NCBI GenBank assembly: GCA_050693035.1
Contig: JBOGWB010000067.1
Span: forward strand, 1-61,018
DNA: 61,018 nucleotides
Direction: 5' to 3'
Source of the DNA: Actinomycetota bacterium
Lineage (GTDB): Bacteria; Actinomycetota; UBA4738; CALAEC01
The notes under the pieces are model-generated. The model was not told where the DNA came from. It saw only the letters and a program-made list of their open reading frames with translations, and ran no database searches. Made by a program: the position numbers and the translations under genes. How positions within the stretch are numbered: the first letter of the stretch is position 1; the number at the start of each line of letters is the position of its first letter. Positions 1 through 10,186 of the stretch are shown here, in pieces.

Positions 1-1
1 T

Positions 2-790
2 GATGGCCTGGCGGATCCACCAGGTGGCGTAGGTGGAGAACTTGAATCCCTTGGAATAGGCGAACTTCTCCACCGCGCGGATCAGGCCGAGGTTCCCTTC
101 CTGGATCAGGTCGAGGAACAGCATCCCCCGGCCCACGTAGCGCTTGGCGATGGACACGACCAGCCGCAGGTTGGCCTCGATGAGCTTCTTCTTCGCCAGC
201 TGGCCGTCCCGCTCCACCTTGCGGAGGAAGACCACCACGTCGTCCCGGTTCCTGGGACGCCAGGTGCGGGACACCCGCTCCCGGCCGATCCCCTCGACCT
301 TGTTGAAGCTCTTCTCCTGGTGCTCCCTGATCCGGTTCACCGAGTCGAGGACCCGGCGGAACAGCTTCTGGTCGACCCGAGCGTCCCCGTCGATGCGGTC
401 CATGAGGTCGGTGGCGAACTCCCCGCCCTCGATCCGCATGGCCAGGTCGACCTCCTGCGCCGCGGTGAGGAGGGGGACCTTCCCGATCTCCTTGAGGTAC
501 ATGCGGACCGGGTCGTTCGTGGGCGCCTTGAGGACGTCGTCGTCCCTGTGGAGGACAGACTGGGCCTCCTCGGCAAGCTCTTCGCCGGGGACCTCGATGA
601 CCTCGATCCCCTCCTGCCGGAGGTGCTCCTCGATCTGGGCCAGGAAGTCCTCGACCTGCTCGGGGGTGAGGTCGGCCTCCGGGATGGCCTCGACGAGCTC
701 CTCGGACGTTACGAAGCCGCGCTCCCGACCTCGAGCAGCGATGACTTCCTTGGCCTCCTCGAGACCGGGATCCCTCACGATGTCCGCCAC
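2..790 (-). CDS. rpoD: Primary RNA polymerase sigma factor (5' part; runs off window start)
   Basis: Manual translation from GTG at 790 (GGAG upstream) gives region 1.2 [17 protein letters not shown] and region 2 [46 protein letters not shown]. Lies directly after dnaG. Confidence 0.96.
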   Translation of the reverse strand, partial: MADIVRDPGLEEAKEVIAARGRERGFVTSEELVEAIPEADLTPEQVEDFLAQIEEHLRQEGIEVIEVPGEELAEEAQSVLHRDDDVLKAPTNDPVRMYLKEIGKVPLLTAAQEVDLAMRIEGGEFATDLMDRIDGDARVDQKLFRRVLDSVNRIREHQEKSFNKVEGIGRERVSRTWRPRNRDDVVVFLRKVERDGQLAKKKLIEANLRLVVSIAKRYVGRGMLFLDLIQEGNLGLIRAVEKFAYSKGFKFSTYATWWIRQAI

Positions 791-791
791 G

Positions 792-2591
792 TCAAACTCC
801 TTCGCCGGCTCGGGCCCGGACCTTCCGGCGCTCCCCTTCGAGAGAGATGAGCTCCTCGAAGAGGGTGTCGTAGGATTGCGGGTCTTTGGTCGGGTTCAGC
901 CTCTCCAGCCGTTTCTTAAGGGTATCAATCCGGCGCTGGAGTGACAGTTCTTCCAGGCGCGAGACCACCCGCTCCGCATAGGCGGCGGTGGGCTCCCCCC
1001 GTACCGGCTCGATGGACAGCTCGGCCAGCAGCCTCGCCAGCCCCTCCTCCTGGGCCCGCTCCACGAGCTCCGCGGGGCGAACGGGATTGGCGCGGACGAA
1101 CGACAGCACCTTACGGTGACGCTCGATCGAGAAGAGTCCCTCCTCCAGCGCGGCCAGCTCCTCACTACACGTATCGGCATATTGGAGCTGAAGTTTCAGC
1201 GCCTCCCGTTCCACTTCTCGCGCCGGAACGCGCGCTTCCTTGTCGTTCTTGTCGTTCCCCTGGTCGGGGATGCGCACCGGGTCGGGGACACGACCTCCCC
1301 GTCCCATCCGATCCAGGGAGAGCGCGACGGAATTGACGCTCACCCCCGCCAGGTCCGCCAGGAGTCCGGCGTACTCGGACCGCCGCACGGGGTCCTCGAG
1401 ACCGGCCACGATGGGGAGGGCAAGGTTCACCGCCCGGGTCTGGGCCTCGGGGCCGAGGAGATCCCTGGCGCCCACGGCCCGACGGATCATGTACTCCACG
1501 AGAGGCACCGCGTGGACCGCCAGCGACTCGAAGGCGTCCGCGCCACGTTCCTTCACCAGGTCTGCCGGATCGAGGCCTTCCGGAAGGAGGAACACCGACA
1601 CTTCCACTGGGAACTGCTCGAAGAAGCCGTAGGCTCGCTCGGCGGCCCGGGCCCCCGCTTCGTCGGAGTCGAAGGCCAGCACGACTCGCTGAGCGAAGCG
1701 GGAAAGGAGCCGCATGTGGCCCTCCGAAAGGGCCGTCCCACACGTGGCCACGGCGGTCTCCACCCCGCCCCGGTGAAGGGCGATCACGTCCGTGTACCCC
1801 TCCACCACGTGCGCCTGCCCCGAGGACGTGACGGCGGCCCTGGCCCGGTGGAGGTTGTAGAGCATCTCTCCCTTCCGGTACACGGGGGTTTCCGGAGAGT
1901 TGAGGTACTTGGGACCGTCCCCCTCGAGGAGGCGGGCCCCGAACCCCACCGCCCGCCCCGCGATGTCGTGGACCGGGAAGGTGATCCGGGACCGGAACCG
2001 GTCCCGCACCGAGCCCGATGGATCCTTCAGCGCCAGCCCCGCCTCGATCAGGAGCTCCGGGGAGAGCTCCGGGGCCAGCTTCCGAAGGAGGAAGTCCGGA
2101 TGGCGCGGCGCGAAGCCGACCCCGAACTCCTGAACGGCCTCCTTCGAGAACCCCCGGTCTTGGAGGTACTTCCTCGCCGCCTCCGCCTCCCCGGCCTCCA
2201 TGAGGAACGTGTGGTAGATCTCGGCGGCCTGTTGGTTGGCCCGGTGCAGGGAGTCCCGCCGCGAGCGGGCCCGACGGTCGCCGGGCGCGAGCCCCTCGTA
2301 CCGGAGCGTCACCCCCGCCCCCCGGGCCAGCCGCTCCACCGCCTCCGGGAACGTGAGGTGCTCCACGGCCATGAGGAAGTGGAAGACGTTCCCACCCTGG
2401 GAGCATCCGAAGCAGTAGTAGACCTGCTTGGCGGGGTCCACGGTGAACGAGGCCGTCTTCTCGGTGTGGAAGGGACACAGGCCCGAGAAGGCCCGGCCGG
2501 CCTTCTTCAGTCCCACGTACTGCTGGACGACGTCGACGATGTTGGTCCGCTCTCGAACCTGCTCCACGTCGTCCTGACGGATCCTGGCCAT
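792..2591 (-). CDS. dnaG: DNA primase
   Basis: Zn ribbon [29 protein letters not shown] and FDSDEAG, YLNSPET motif. Confidence 0.97.
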   Translation of the reverse strand: MARIRQDDVEQVRERTNIVDVVQQYVGLKKAGRAFSGLCPFHTEKTASFTVDPAKQVYYCFGCSQGGNVFHFLMAVEHLTFPEAVERLARGAGVTLRYEGLAPGDRRARSRRDSLHRANQQAAEIYHTFLMEAGEAEAARKYLQDRGFSKEAVQEFGVGFAPRHPDFLLRKLAPELSPELLIEAGLALKDPSGSVRDRFRSRITFPVHDIAGRAVGFGARLLEGDGPKYLNSPETPVYRKGEMLYNLHRARAAVTSSGQAHVVEGYTDVIALHRGGVETAVATCGTALSEGHMRLLSRFAQRVVLAFDSDEAGARAAERAYGFFEQFPVEVSVFLLPEGLDPADLVKERGADAFESLAVHAVPLVEYMIRRAVGARDLLGPEAQTRAVNLALPIVAGLEDPVRRSEYAGLLADLAGVSVNSVALSLDRMGRGGRVPDPVRIPDQGNDKNDKEARVPAREVEREALKLQLQYADTCSEELAALEEGLFSIERHRKVLSFVRANPVRPAELVERAQEEGLARLLAELSIEPVRGEPTAAYAERVVSRLEELSLQRRIDTLKKRLERLNPTKDPQSYDTLFEELISLEGERRKVRARAGEGV

Positions 2592-2603
2592 GGGTCCCCG
2601 GGG

Positions 2604-3605
2604 CTACAGCATCCACCCCTGGGGAAGGAAGAGGCGCTCGAAGGTGCGGAGGGCGTACCGGTCCGTCATCCCGGCGATGTAGTCGACCACCTGGGTGGGA
2701 AGGTCTCCGGGGGCCGCCCGGTACTCGGCGGGGATCTCCTCGGGGTGGTCGAGGTAGTGGGAGAAGAGCGACCGGATCACCCCGACGGCCTTCTCCTGCT
2801 GGTCGTGGGCCTCCTCGCGCAGGTAAACCCGCTCGAACATGAAGTCCCGCAGCGAGTCGAGGGCCCGGGCCGCCGGCTCGGACATCGCCACCTCGGGGGC
2901 CATAGCGCTCGTGTCCACGATGTCGCGGACCAGGGTGTCGACCCGCCTGCCGTGGCTGCGGCCGAGGACCGAGACGGCTTCCTCGGGAAGGTCTTCCTCG
3001 GTCAGGATGCCCGCCCGGATGGCGTCGTCGATGTCGTGGTTCACGTATCCCAGCCGGTCGGCGAACCGAACGACCTGGGCCTCCAGCGTGGCGGGCATCG
3101 GCATCGACCACGTGTGGTTAACGATCCCGTCCCGGACCTCCCAGCTGAGGTTGAGGCCCCGCCCGTCTCGCTCGAGGTGATCCACCACTCGAAGGCTCTG
3201 CTCGCTGTGCCGGAACGGACGGCCCAGGAAGGGCGACAGCGCTTGCTCCCCGAGGTGTCCGAACGGGGTGTGGCCGAGGTCGTGCCCGAGGGCGATGGCC
3301 TCCGTGAGGTCCTCGTTGAGGCGGAGGGCGCGGGCGATGGTCCGGGCGATCTGGGAGACCTCCAGGGTGTGGGTGAGGCGCACCCGGTAGTGGTCACCCT
3401 CGGGGGCGATGAACACCTGGGTCTTGTGCTTCAGGCGACGGAACGCCTTGCTGTGGACGATCCGGTCCTGGTCCCGCTGGAAGGCGGTCCGGAGGTCGTG
3501 CGGTGGCTCCTCTCGGTCCCGACCCTTGGACTCAGCGCTGAGGGTGGCCCGGTCTGAGAGCGTGCCCCGCTCGATCTCCTCCAGCTGCTCTCGGACGGTG
3601 CCCAC
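2604..3605 (-). CDS. dgt: Deoxyguanosinetriphosphate triphosphohydrolase-like HD protein
   Basis: RTAFQRDQDRIVHSKAFRRLKHKTQV, RLTHTLEV, HDLGHTPFGH, DYIAGMTD. Start moved from the ORF-track 3932 to GTG 3605, where TACCCT lies 7 nt upstream (leaderless). Confidence 0.92.
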   Translation of the reverse strand: MGTVREQLEEIERGTLSDRATLSAESKGRDREEPPHDLRTAFQRDQDRIVHSKAFRRLKHKTQVFIAPEGDHYRVRLTHTLEVSQIARTIARALRLNEDLTEAIALGHDLGHTPFGHLGEQALSPFLGRPFRHSEQSLRVVDHLERDGRGLNLSWEVRDGIVNHTWSMPMPATLEAQVVRFADRLGYVNHDIDDAIRAGILTEEDLPEEAVSVLGRSHGRRVDTLVRDIVDTSAMAPEVAMSEPAARALDSLRDFMFERVYLREEAHDQQEKAVGVIRSLFSHYLDHPEEIPAEYRAAPGDLPTQVVDYIAGMTDRYALRTFERLFLPQGWML

Positions 3606-3697
3606 CGGGCGTAGGGTAGCACGCGCCTCCGACGCCCCTCCTGACCTGGCCCGATGCCGAGCCGGAGGCGAGCGGGAAGAAGCGGGAGAGGTCCCGC

Positions 3698-4306
3698 CTA
3701 CCTGCCGAGCACCCGGTAGTAGAGGTACGCGAAGACCTCCCTGCTGTACCCGGCCATCCGGGTCGCCTGGCTCCGGGCGGCCGAGTGCCACGTGGCCGAG
3801 ACATAGCCCTCGATCCCCAGGTCCCTGGCCATCCGGCGGATCCTGAGGTTGTGCCACGGATCCGAGACGAGGAAGGCGCTCCGGAGCCCCTGCTCGTCCA
3901 TGACGGCGGCAGCGGCTGTGAGGCTCTGCCACGTGGTCTTCCCCCGGGGGGACGGGATGACCGCTTCGCCGGGCACGCCCTCCCCCACCAGGTAGTCGGC
4001 TCCCGCCTCCGCCTCGGTGAAGACCTCGTCGGGCTGCCCCGCTCCCAGCACCAGGATGCGGTCGGAGAACCCTTGCTCGAAGAGGAGGACGGCGTGGTCC
4101 AGCCGTCCCCGGAACACCGGCGAGGGGTCACCCTCGTACTGGGCCGCCCCCAGCACGACGATGGCATCGGCCCGCTCGATCCGGCTCGCCTCGTCGTTGT
4201 GGGCGGCCCGCCACACCGCCACGGTGGTGGCCACCAGCCCCGCCACGGCGAAGAACAGGACCACCACGATCGCGGTGAGGAGGGGGTGTCGACGGAGCCG
4301 ACTCAC
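3698..4306 (-). CDS. YdcF/DUF218 (ElyC/SanA-like) membrane-anchored protein
   Basis: N-terminal TM helix; DAIVVLGAAQY, RLDHAVLLF, LVSDPWHNLR motifs. Confidence 0.85.
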   Translation of the reverse strand: MSRLRRHPLLTAIVVVLFFAVAGLVATTVAVWRAAHNDEASRIERADAIVVLGAAQYEGDPSPVFRGRLDHAVLLFEQGFSDRILVLGAGQPDEVFTEAEAGADYLVGEGVPGEAVIPSPRGKTTWQSLTAAAAVMDEQGLRSAFLVSDPWHNLRIRRMARDLGIEGYVSATWHSAARSQATRMAGYSREVFAYLYYRVLGR

Positions 4307-4347
4307 GGCGGGAATGTACCACCGGCCGTTGACGCCGACCTCAGCAT

Positions 4348-4776
4348 CTACACGGGGCAGAGGTCCTCGACCCTGGCCGTGACCACTGGTTCCCTCTCCG
4401 ACCGGGACACGGCCGCCTCGAGCTCCTCCCTCGAGTCAGCCGTCACGGCGAGGACGTACTCGCCCGCGCGGACGTCACCCTGGCCGCGGAGTCCCCCGAA
4501 GCAGCCCTCCGGAGCGACGACCACCGCGGTGCCGGCCCGCTCCATCAGCCCCTCGGCGTCGTCCTCGAGGTGGTTGGGATCGTCCGCGGACCGGAACACC
4601 GCGATCCAGACCGGGAGGGGGCTCGGGCTACCGCCGGTCGGGGTGGCCTCCGAGGGTGGGGTGGCCGGCGGAGTGGCCTGGCGCCCGGCACAGGCCACGA
4701 GGAACACGGCCAGGACTGCGGCAGCGGCAGCGGCCACGGCGGAGCCTCTCATCCCACGGCTGCTCATCGCGCTCAT
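4348..4776 (-). CDS. Putative lipoprotein with SPOR-like alpha/beta domain
   Basis: Hydrophobic signal ending in the lipobox LVAC, Pro/Thr linker, ~85-aa domain with 2 Cys. ATGA overlap with the upstream gene places the start at 4776. Confidence 0.65.
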   Translation of the reverse strand: MSAMSSRGMRGSAVAAAAAAVLAVFLVACAGRQATPPATPPSEATPTGGSPSPLPVWIAVFRSADDPNHLEDDAEGLMERAGTAVVVAPEGCFGGLRGQGDVRAGEYVLAVTADSREELEAAVSRSEREPVVTARVEDLCPV

Positions 4777-6077
4777 CGCTCCGGCCCTCCGGGCTCGAAG
4801 GGCACGATCCACGTCTGTTCGGCCAGGCCGGCGTGCCGGGCCCGGAAGGCCGCCAGGGCCTCCTCGGGCAGCGAGCCGGGAGGGATCGGTACGGCCACGG
4901 CCCAGGCGCCGGGACCGACCGCGGCGGGCGCGGCCCCGTGCCCCACGACCAGCGCGCCGGGGACATCCAGCTCCTCCGCCATCGACCGGGCCTGGGATTC
5001 GGAGTCGAAGTCCCCGACCATGAGGGCGAGTCCCGCCCCTGTCTCGTCGAGGATGGCCTCCTGGCCGACCTCGGCGCCGGCGGGATGCTCCCCTTTCTCA
5101 CCGGCCTCCAGGAAGTCGGGGTCGGGCTCCGCCACGGGGTCGACCGAGGCCGCCCCGCACCCCAGGCTCTCTGATCCCGAAGGACCCTCGGACACGAGCC
5201 GCCACTCCCCCGTCGCGGGGTCGGGCACGTTCCACACCAAGCGATCACCGAGGAACCCTGCCAGGTACATCTCTCCGGGGAGGTCCCGAACCCTCGAAGG
5301 ATGGCTTTCCCGCAACGCCCACAACTGGAACGAGGGCGGCTCGGTGGCGGAGGCCCGGCCGGTGACGCGCACGAAGAGGACGGCACCGTCCGGACCCACC
5401 ACCGGGGTCCGCAGGACGGACCACCGGTCGGCATCCGCCCGGAACCGAGTGAGCCGGGTCCAGGCCCCGCCGTCGAAGTCGTAGCGCCACAGATCGTTCA
5501 GGGCGTCGTCGTGCGCGGGCCCGGCCGCCTCTCCCACCACCGCGACCATCTCGTCGGCGGCCGTGAACACGGGTGAGAAGATCGCCGCGGCACCGCGAGG
5601 CGGTGGCACCATCCGGCGCGCCGCCGTCGCCGGTGACCACACCTCGAGGACGGAGAGGTCCACCGACCACGCCAGGTCCCCCGACGGGGTCCAGGCCGGG
5701 TGGGTCAGCTCTCCGCGACCCTCGACCGTGGCCACCGCACCGGGCTGCACCACCACCAGTTGGTCCGGACCCGCCACGTCGTTGACGTATGCGGTCCCGC
5801 TTCCCGGGCGACTCGCCGCGTGTCGAAGCACTCCCGCGGACCCGGGATGCCGGAACGCCCGACGCTCGCCCGAGGACCCCACCATCACCAGTCCGTTTCC
5901 CTGCACAACGGCGAGCCCGTGTCCCCGTGCCGCCGGGGAGGATGGAGTCGCGGCCTCGAGAGCGAAGGCTGGGCCGGGGCATCCTTCAGGTACCCCTGCA
6001 CCCGGCGGAGCTGAAGCGATGCTCCCCGATGCCACGCCGATGAGGGTCGCCGCGATGAGAACGAGCCTTCCGACCAT
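4773..6077 (-). CDS. Secreted TolB-like beta-propeller protein with C-terminal SPOR-like domain
   Basis: Signal peptide; repeated P.W/F.P.G motifs (HPAWTPSGD, SPVFTAAD, TPVVGPDG); C-terminal VGDFDSESQARSMAEEL. GGAGG SD. Confidence 0.65.
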   Translation of the reverse strand: MVGRLVLIAATLIGVASGSIASAPPGAGVPEGCPGPAFALEAATPSSPAARGHGLAVVQGNGLVMVGSSGERRAFRHPGSAGVLRHAASRPGSGTAYVNDVAGPDQLVVVQPGAVATVEGRGELTHPAWTPSGDLAWSVDLSVLEVWSPATAARRMVPPPRGAAAIFSPVFTAADEMVAVVGEAAGPAHDDALNDLWRYDFDGGAWTRLTRFRADADRWSVLRTPVVGPDGAVLFVRVTGRASATEPPSFQLWALRESHPSRVRDLPGEMYLAGFLGDRLVWNVPDPATGEWRLVSEGPSGSESLGCGAASVDPVAEPDPDFLEAGEKGEHPAGAEVGQEAILDETGAGLALMVGDFDSESQARSMAEELDVPGALVVGHGAAPAAVGPGAWAVAVPIPPGSLPEEALAAFRARHAGLAEQTWIVPFEPGGPER

Positions 6078-6086
6078 CGAGTCCTC

Positions 6087-6686
6087 CTAGTAGCCGGTGA
6101 CGTACTGGAAGTGGTGGGGGTCACGCGTTCCGCTGAAGTTCAGCCCCCAGTAGAAGCGGTGGCCCGGATAGCGGCCCCGGAAGATGTCGGGGAGATACCG
6201 CCCGTGGTCCTCGCCGTCCGCGCCGTGCCCGTTCCAGTACGTCTGGCCGAACGGGTTGCGGAACGTGTTCGTATCGATGGCCGCGCCCCACGAGTGGACC
6301 GACCAGGTGGTGCCGCCCCGCTTCAGCCGGCACGCGTACCCGTAGACGCCGTAGTCGAAGGCGCCGTCCCGATGGACCGAGTTGACGTGCCCGCGGATGT
6401 TCCATCCCACGTTTCGAGCGAGGTAGGGGTGGTAGTACACGTACCCGCCGACGTTGCGATCGACGGCCGAGGGGAACCACGTCCTGGCGTTGTTCGCCCG
6501 GTCGCTGCAGTGCTGCCCGAACCGGTTGATCAGCTGGGACAGACCCCGCGGGCGATAGGGCACACCGTCCGGAGAATGGTCGTGGACGAAGTCCCGCCAG
6601 TGCCCGGCGGTCGCCGGGCTCCCCAGCGCGACCACCACAATCGCGACCGCTGCCAGCGCAGCCCCGAGAGAGTTCCGTAGACGCAT
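6087..6686 (-). CDS. Secreted M15-family Zn peptidoglycan peptidase
   Basis: Signal peptide MRLRNSLGAALAAVAIVV; M15 motif SVHSWGAAID (SxHxxxxAxD); upstream ACR; C-terminal DPHHFQ. Start trimmed to ATG 6686. Confidence 0.8.
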   Translation of the reverse strand: MRLRNSLGAALAAVAIVVVALGSPATAGHWRDFVHDHSPDGVPYRPRGLSQLINRFGQHCSDRANNARTWFPSAVDRNVGGYVYYHPYLARNVGWNIRGHVNSVHRDGAFDYGVYGYACRLKRGGTTWSVHSWGAAIDTNTFRNPFGQTYWNGHGADGEDHGRYLPDIFRGRYPGHRFYWGLNFSGTRDPHHFQYVTGY

Positions 6687-6696
6687 CGCCGCCCCC

Positions 6697-7098
6697 TCAG
6701 GTGCACGCCCGGGTGGAGCTGACCACCCGTTCCACGTTCCGCCACCGGTCCCAGGAGCCGTCGGGGCACAGGTACAGCACGTCGATACCGTCCCCGCCGT
6801 CGATGAGATCGATCCCGGCGCCGTCGAAAAGGACATCCCTGTCCCGGCCGCCGCACAGCCGGTCGTCTCCTCGGGCGCCGGACACAGTGTCGTTGCCCGC
6901 GAAGGCCGACGCGACGTCGTCGCTCGGTGTTCCTTGGATCAGGTCGTCGCCCGGGGTTCCCTCGATGGTCGTCGGCGTCCCGAGACACAGGGCGTTGGAT
7001 GCGGCGGCGCCTGCGTCCTGTACGAACGTCGCGACTACAAGCGCCACTCCCACGGCGAGTGTCGATCGCCATCGGAGGTCGGCTGACTGAGCGGGCAC
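6697..7098 (-). CDS. Small secreted protein with RTX/hemolysin-type Ca-binding repeats
   Basis: Signal peptide, then GTPGDDLIQG, GNDTVSG, GDDRLCGG, GIDLIDGGDGID nonapeptides. GGAGG SD before the GTG. Confidence 0.75.
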   Translation of the reverse strand: MPAQSADLRWRSTLAVGVALVVATFVQDAGAAASNALCLGTPTTIEGTPGDDLIQGTPSDDVASAFAGNDTVSGARGDDRLCGGRDRDVLFDGAGIDLIDGGDGIDVLYLCPDGSWDRWRNVERVVSSTRACT

Positions 7099-7185
7099 TG
7101 GCTCCCACCTCCCTCGGTGTCACCGGTGGAGGGGGCAACCGGTATTCGTTCAGTGACGGCTCACGCTAGCACGACACATCCGCGA

Positions 7186-7234
7186 GCGAATCCCCCGTCC
7201 TGGGGATTTGGCGTCTCGCTGAGGGGGATTTCGC
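7186..7234. terminator. Inverted repeat downstream of ppdK
   Basis: GCGAATCCCCC (7186-7196) pairs with GGGGGATTTCGC (7223-7234) with one bulge, just after the ppdK stop. No clear U-tract. Confidence 0.4.
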
Positions 7235-7239
7235 CCGAG

Positions 7240-10059
7240 CTACTTCGACGCTTCCTCGCGCTCCCCGATCACGCTCTGCGCCGCGGCCAGGCGGGCGATG
7301 GGCACGCGGTACGGCGAGCACGACACGTAGTCGAGCCCCGCACGATGGAAGAACCGCACCGACGCCGGGTCGCCTCCGTGCTCGCCACAGATCCCGAGCT
7401 TGATGTCGTCCCGGGTCTTCCGGCCCTTCTGGCACGCCACCACGACGAGGTCGCCCACGCCGCGCTCGTCGAGGGACTCGAACGGATTCGTGGCGAGGAT
7501 CTTCTCCTCGAGGTACCGGGCCATGAACTTGCCCTCGACGTCGTCGCGGGAGAACCCGAACGTGGTCTGGGTGAGGTCGTTCGTACCGAAGGAGAAGAAC
7601 TCGGCGACCTCGGCGATCTCGTCGGCCACGAGAGCGGCCCGGGGCAGCTCGATCATCGTCCCCACGAGATACGGCAGGTCCACGCCGCGGTCACCGATGA
7701 CCTCGTCGGCGATCTCGCGGATCTGCCGTTCCACGCTGACGAGCTCCTCCCGCGTGGACACGAGAGGAACCATGATCTCGACGATGGGGTCTCCGTCGCG
7801 CTCCTTCACGTTGCACGCGGCCTCGACGATGGCCCGGATCTGGGTGCCGTAGATCTCCGGGTACAGGATCCCCAGACGGCACCCGCGGAGTCCGAGCATG
7901 GGGTTGGCCTCCTCCAGGGCGATCACCTTGCCGAGCACGTCCTCCGCCCCCCGCTTCCCGCCTGATTCCTTCAGGATCTCGCGGGAATTCTTGGTGTTGG
8001 GGCTGGCCAGCGCGACCTCGAGCTCCTTCGACGACGGGAGGAACTCGTGCAGCGGCGGGTCGAGCAGCCGGATCGTCACCGGCAGGCCGTCCATGGCCTC
8101 GAACACGGCCTCGAAGTCCTTGCGCTGGTCGGCCAGGAGCTCCTCGAGGCCGTCGAAATAGGGCTTGATCTCGGGGGACCCCAGCTCCTTCTCGAGCTCC
8201 CGCACGCGCCTCTCCGCCTCCGCCCTCGACTTGCCTCGGGCCTCGGCCAGCTCCCGCCGCGCCTGGTCCAGGCGAAGGTGGACCGCCCGCGCCGCCGGCG
8301 CGGCCAGGATCACCTTCCGGAAGGTGGGAAGGCGGGGGTCTCCCGGCGTGCCGAACATGTGCTCCGTCCGGCACAAGCCGATGCCCTCCGCGCCGAACTC
8401 GCGGGCCTTGGCCGCGGACGGTCCGTCGTCGGCGTTGGTACGCACCTTGAGCTGGCGGATCTCGTCGGCCCAGGAGAGGAGGGTCTCGAAGTCGCTGGAG
8501 AGCTTCGGCTCGACCAGCGTCACCTCGCCGGAAACGATCCGGCCGGTGGTCCCGTCGATCGAGATGACGTCGCCCTCCTTCACCTTCGTCCCGTTCACCG
8601 TCAACTGTCGCTTCGACCCGTCGATCTTCAGGGCCTCCGCCCCGACCACGGCCGGCTTGCCCATGCCCCGGGCCACCACCGCGGCGTGGGAGGTCTTGCC
8701 ACCGTGGGAGGTCAGGATGCCTCGTGCGGCGATCATCCCGTGCAGGTCGTCGGGGTTGGTCTCCCTCCGGACCAGGATCACCGCCTCGCCCTTCTCACCC
8801 AACTCCGCGGCGGTATCGGCATCGAAGACCGCCTTCCCCACGGCGGCTCCCGGCGAGGCGTTCATCCCCTTGGCGAGAACCTTCACGTCCGCGCCGGGGT
8901 CGAACTGCGGGTGCAAGAGCTGGTCGAGCTGCTCCGGCTCGACCCGCATGATCGCGTCGTCTTTGGTGATGAGGCCCTCGTTGGCCATCTCGACGGCCAT
9001 CCGCACCGCGGCGCCGCCGGTTCGCTTCCCCACGCGGGTCTGGAGCATCCACAGCTTCCCCCGCTCGATGGTGAACTCGATGTCACACATGTCGCGGTAG
9101 TGACGCTCGAGCTTCTCCATGATCCCGAGGAGCTCCCGGTATGCCTGGGGATTGATCCGCTCCAGCTCGGCGAGGGGAAGGGTGTTGCGGATCCCCGCCA
9201 CCACGTCCTCGCCCTGGGCGTTCTCCAGATAGTCCCCGTACACGCCCTGCTCCCCCGTCGCCGGATTGCGGGTGAAGGCCACGCCGGTGCCGGAGTCCTG
9301 CCCCAGGTTCCCGAACACCATCGCCTGGACGTTCACCGCGGTGCCCAGGTCGTCGGGGATCTTGTACTGCTTGCGGTAGGTCTTGGCCCGCTCGTTGTTC
9401 CACGAGCGGAACACGGCCTCGATGGCCATCCGCAACTGGTCTCGAGGATCCTCCGGGAACAGCTCGCCGGTGTGCTCCTTGACGATGGCCTTGAACCGCT
9501 CGAGCAGCTTCTGCAGATCTTTCTCGTCGAGGTCGGTGTCCTTGGCGTCCTTGCCCTTCTTGGCCTTGGCCTTCTCCAGGACCTCCTCGAAGACCTCGCC
9601 GGGGATTCCCATGACGATCTTCCCGAACATCTGGATGAACCTGCGGTAAGCGTCCCAGGCGAACCTGGGATTGCCGGTTTGGCGGGCCAGTCCCTGGACC
9701 GAGCGGTCGTTCAGCCCCAGGTTGAGGACGGTGTCCATCATCCCGGGCATCGAGTACTTAGCGCCGGACCGCACGGAGACCAGCAACGGGTCGTTCTCGT
9801 CTCCGAGTCGTCGGCCCATGCTCTCCTCGAGCCGGCGGAGGTGCTCCTCGATGTCCTGCTCCAGGCCGTCGGGCCAGCGCCCGGTCTTCAGATACTCGAT
9901 GCAGGCCCGGGTGGAGATGGTGAATCCCGGGGGCACCGGCAGGTCGAGGTTAGTCATCTCCGCGAGGTTGGCGCCCTTCCCCCCGAGGAGGTCCTTCATG
10001 TCCCTGTTGCCTTCGTGGAAGTCGTAGACGACTTTCCGAGTGGTGGTCTGCTGCGACAT
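7240..10059 (-). CDS. ppdK: Pyruvate, phosphate dikinase
   Basis: LLGGKGANLAEM, VSVRSGA..SMPGMMDTVLNLGL, phospho-His motif GGKTSHAAVVARG, GIGLCRTEHMF, GICGEHGGDP. ATG 10059 with GGAGG. Confidence 0.97.
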   Translation of the reverse strand: MSQQTTTRKVVYDFHEGNRDMKDLLGGKGANLAEMTNLDLPVPPGFTISTRACIEYLKTGRWPDGLEQDIEEHLRRLEESMGRRLGDENDPLLVSVRSGAKYSMPGMMDTVLNLGLNDRSVQGLARQTGNPRFAWDAYRRFIQMFGKIVMGIPGEVFEEVLEKAKAKKGKDAKDTDLDEKDLQKLLERFKAIVKEHTGELFPEDPRDQLRMAIEAVFRSWNNERAKTYRKQYKIPDDLGTAVNVQAMVFGNLGQDSGTGVAFTRNPATGEQGVYGDYLENAQGEDVVAGIRNTLPLAELERINPQAYRELLGIMEKLERHYRDMCDIEFTIERGKLWMLQTRVGKRTGGAAVRMAVEMANEGLITKDDAIMRVEPEQLDQLLHPQFDPGADVKVLAKGMNASPGAAVGKAVFDADTAAELGEKGEAVILVRRETNPDDLHGMIAARGILTSHGGKTSHAAVVARGMGKPAVVGAEALKIDGSKRQLTVNGTKVKEGDVISIDGTTGRIVSGEVTLVEPKLSSDFETLLSWADEIRQLKVRTNADDGPSAAKAREFGAEGIGLCRTEHMFGTPGDPRLPTFRKVILAAPAARAVHLRLDQARRELAEARGKSRAEAERRVRELEKELGSPEIKPYFDGLEELLADQRKDFEAVFEAMDGLPVTIRLLDPPLHEFLPSSKELEVALASPNTKNSREILKESGGKRGAEDVLGKVIALEEANPMLGLRGCRLGILYPEIYGTQIRAIVEAACNVKERDGDPIVEIMVPLVSTREELVSVERQIREIADEVIGDRGVDLPYLVGTMIELPRAALVADEIAEVAEFFSFGTNDLTQTTFGFSRDDVEGKFMARYLEEKILATNPFESLDERGVGDLVVVACQKGRKTRDDIKLGICGEHGGDPASVRFFHRAGLDYVSCSPYRVPIARLAAAQSVIGEREEASK

Positions 10060-10127
10060 CCGATTCCTCCAGCGGTGTGGTGCCATTCACTCTAGACGGG
10101 GTTGTCCGGACCGGCGAACCGAGGGCC

Positions 10128-10157
10128 TTGGCGCAACGTTTTTCATTGCGGTATGAT
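10128..10157 (+). promoter_or_regulatory. Sigma70-type promoter of the Xre/RES module with an inverted repeat in the spacer
   Basis: TTGGCG-N18-TATGAT; CGCAA (10132-36) and TTGCG (10146-50) form an inverted repeat over the -35 and spacer. Confidence 0.5.
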
Positions 10158-10186
10158 GGGTACCTGTCGGCGGCAGGAGGGACCAT

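Noticed and set aside
1116-3557. Long antisense and alternative-frame ORFs (also 8047-10095, most of 52912-55038 and most of 57733-59994)
   Set aside because: They are shadows of well-supported genes in stop-poor high-GC DNA, with no motifs. Only the ends of two are real (rpsT and the O-methyltransferase).
7098-7240. Possible c-di-AMP or other riboswitch ahead of the cell-wall peptidase cluster
   Set aside because: Hairpins are present, but I could not find the conserved riboswitch motifs. A covariance-model search would settle it.
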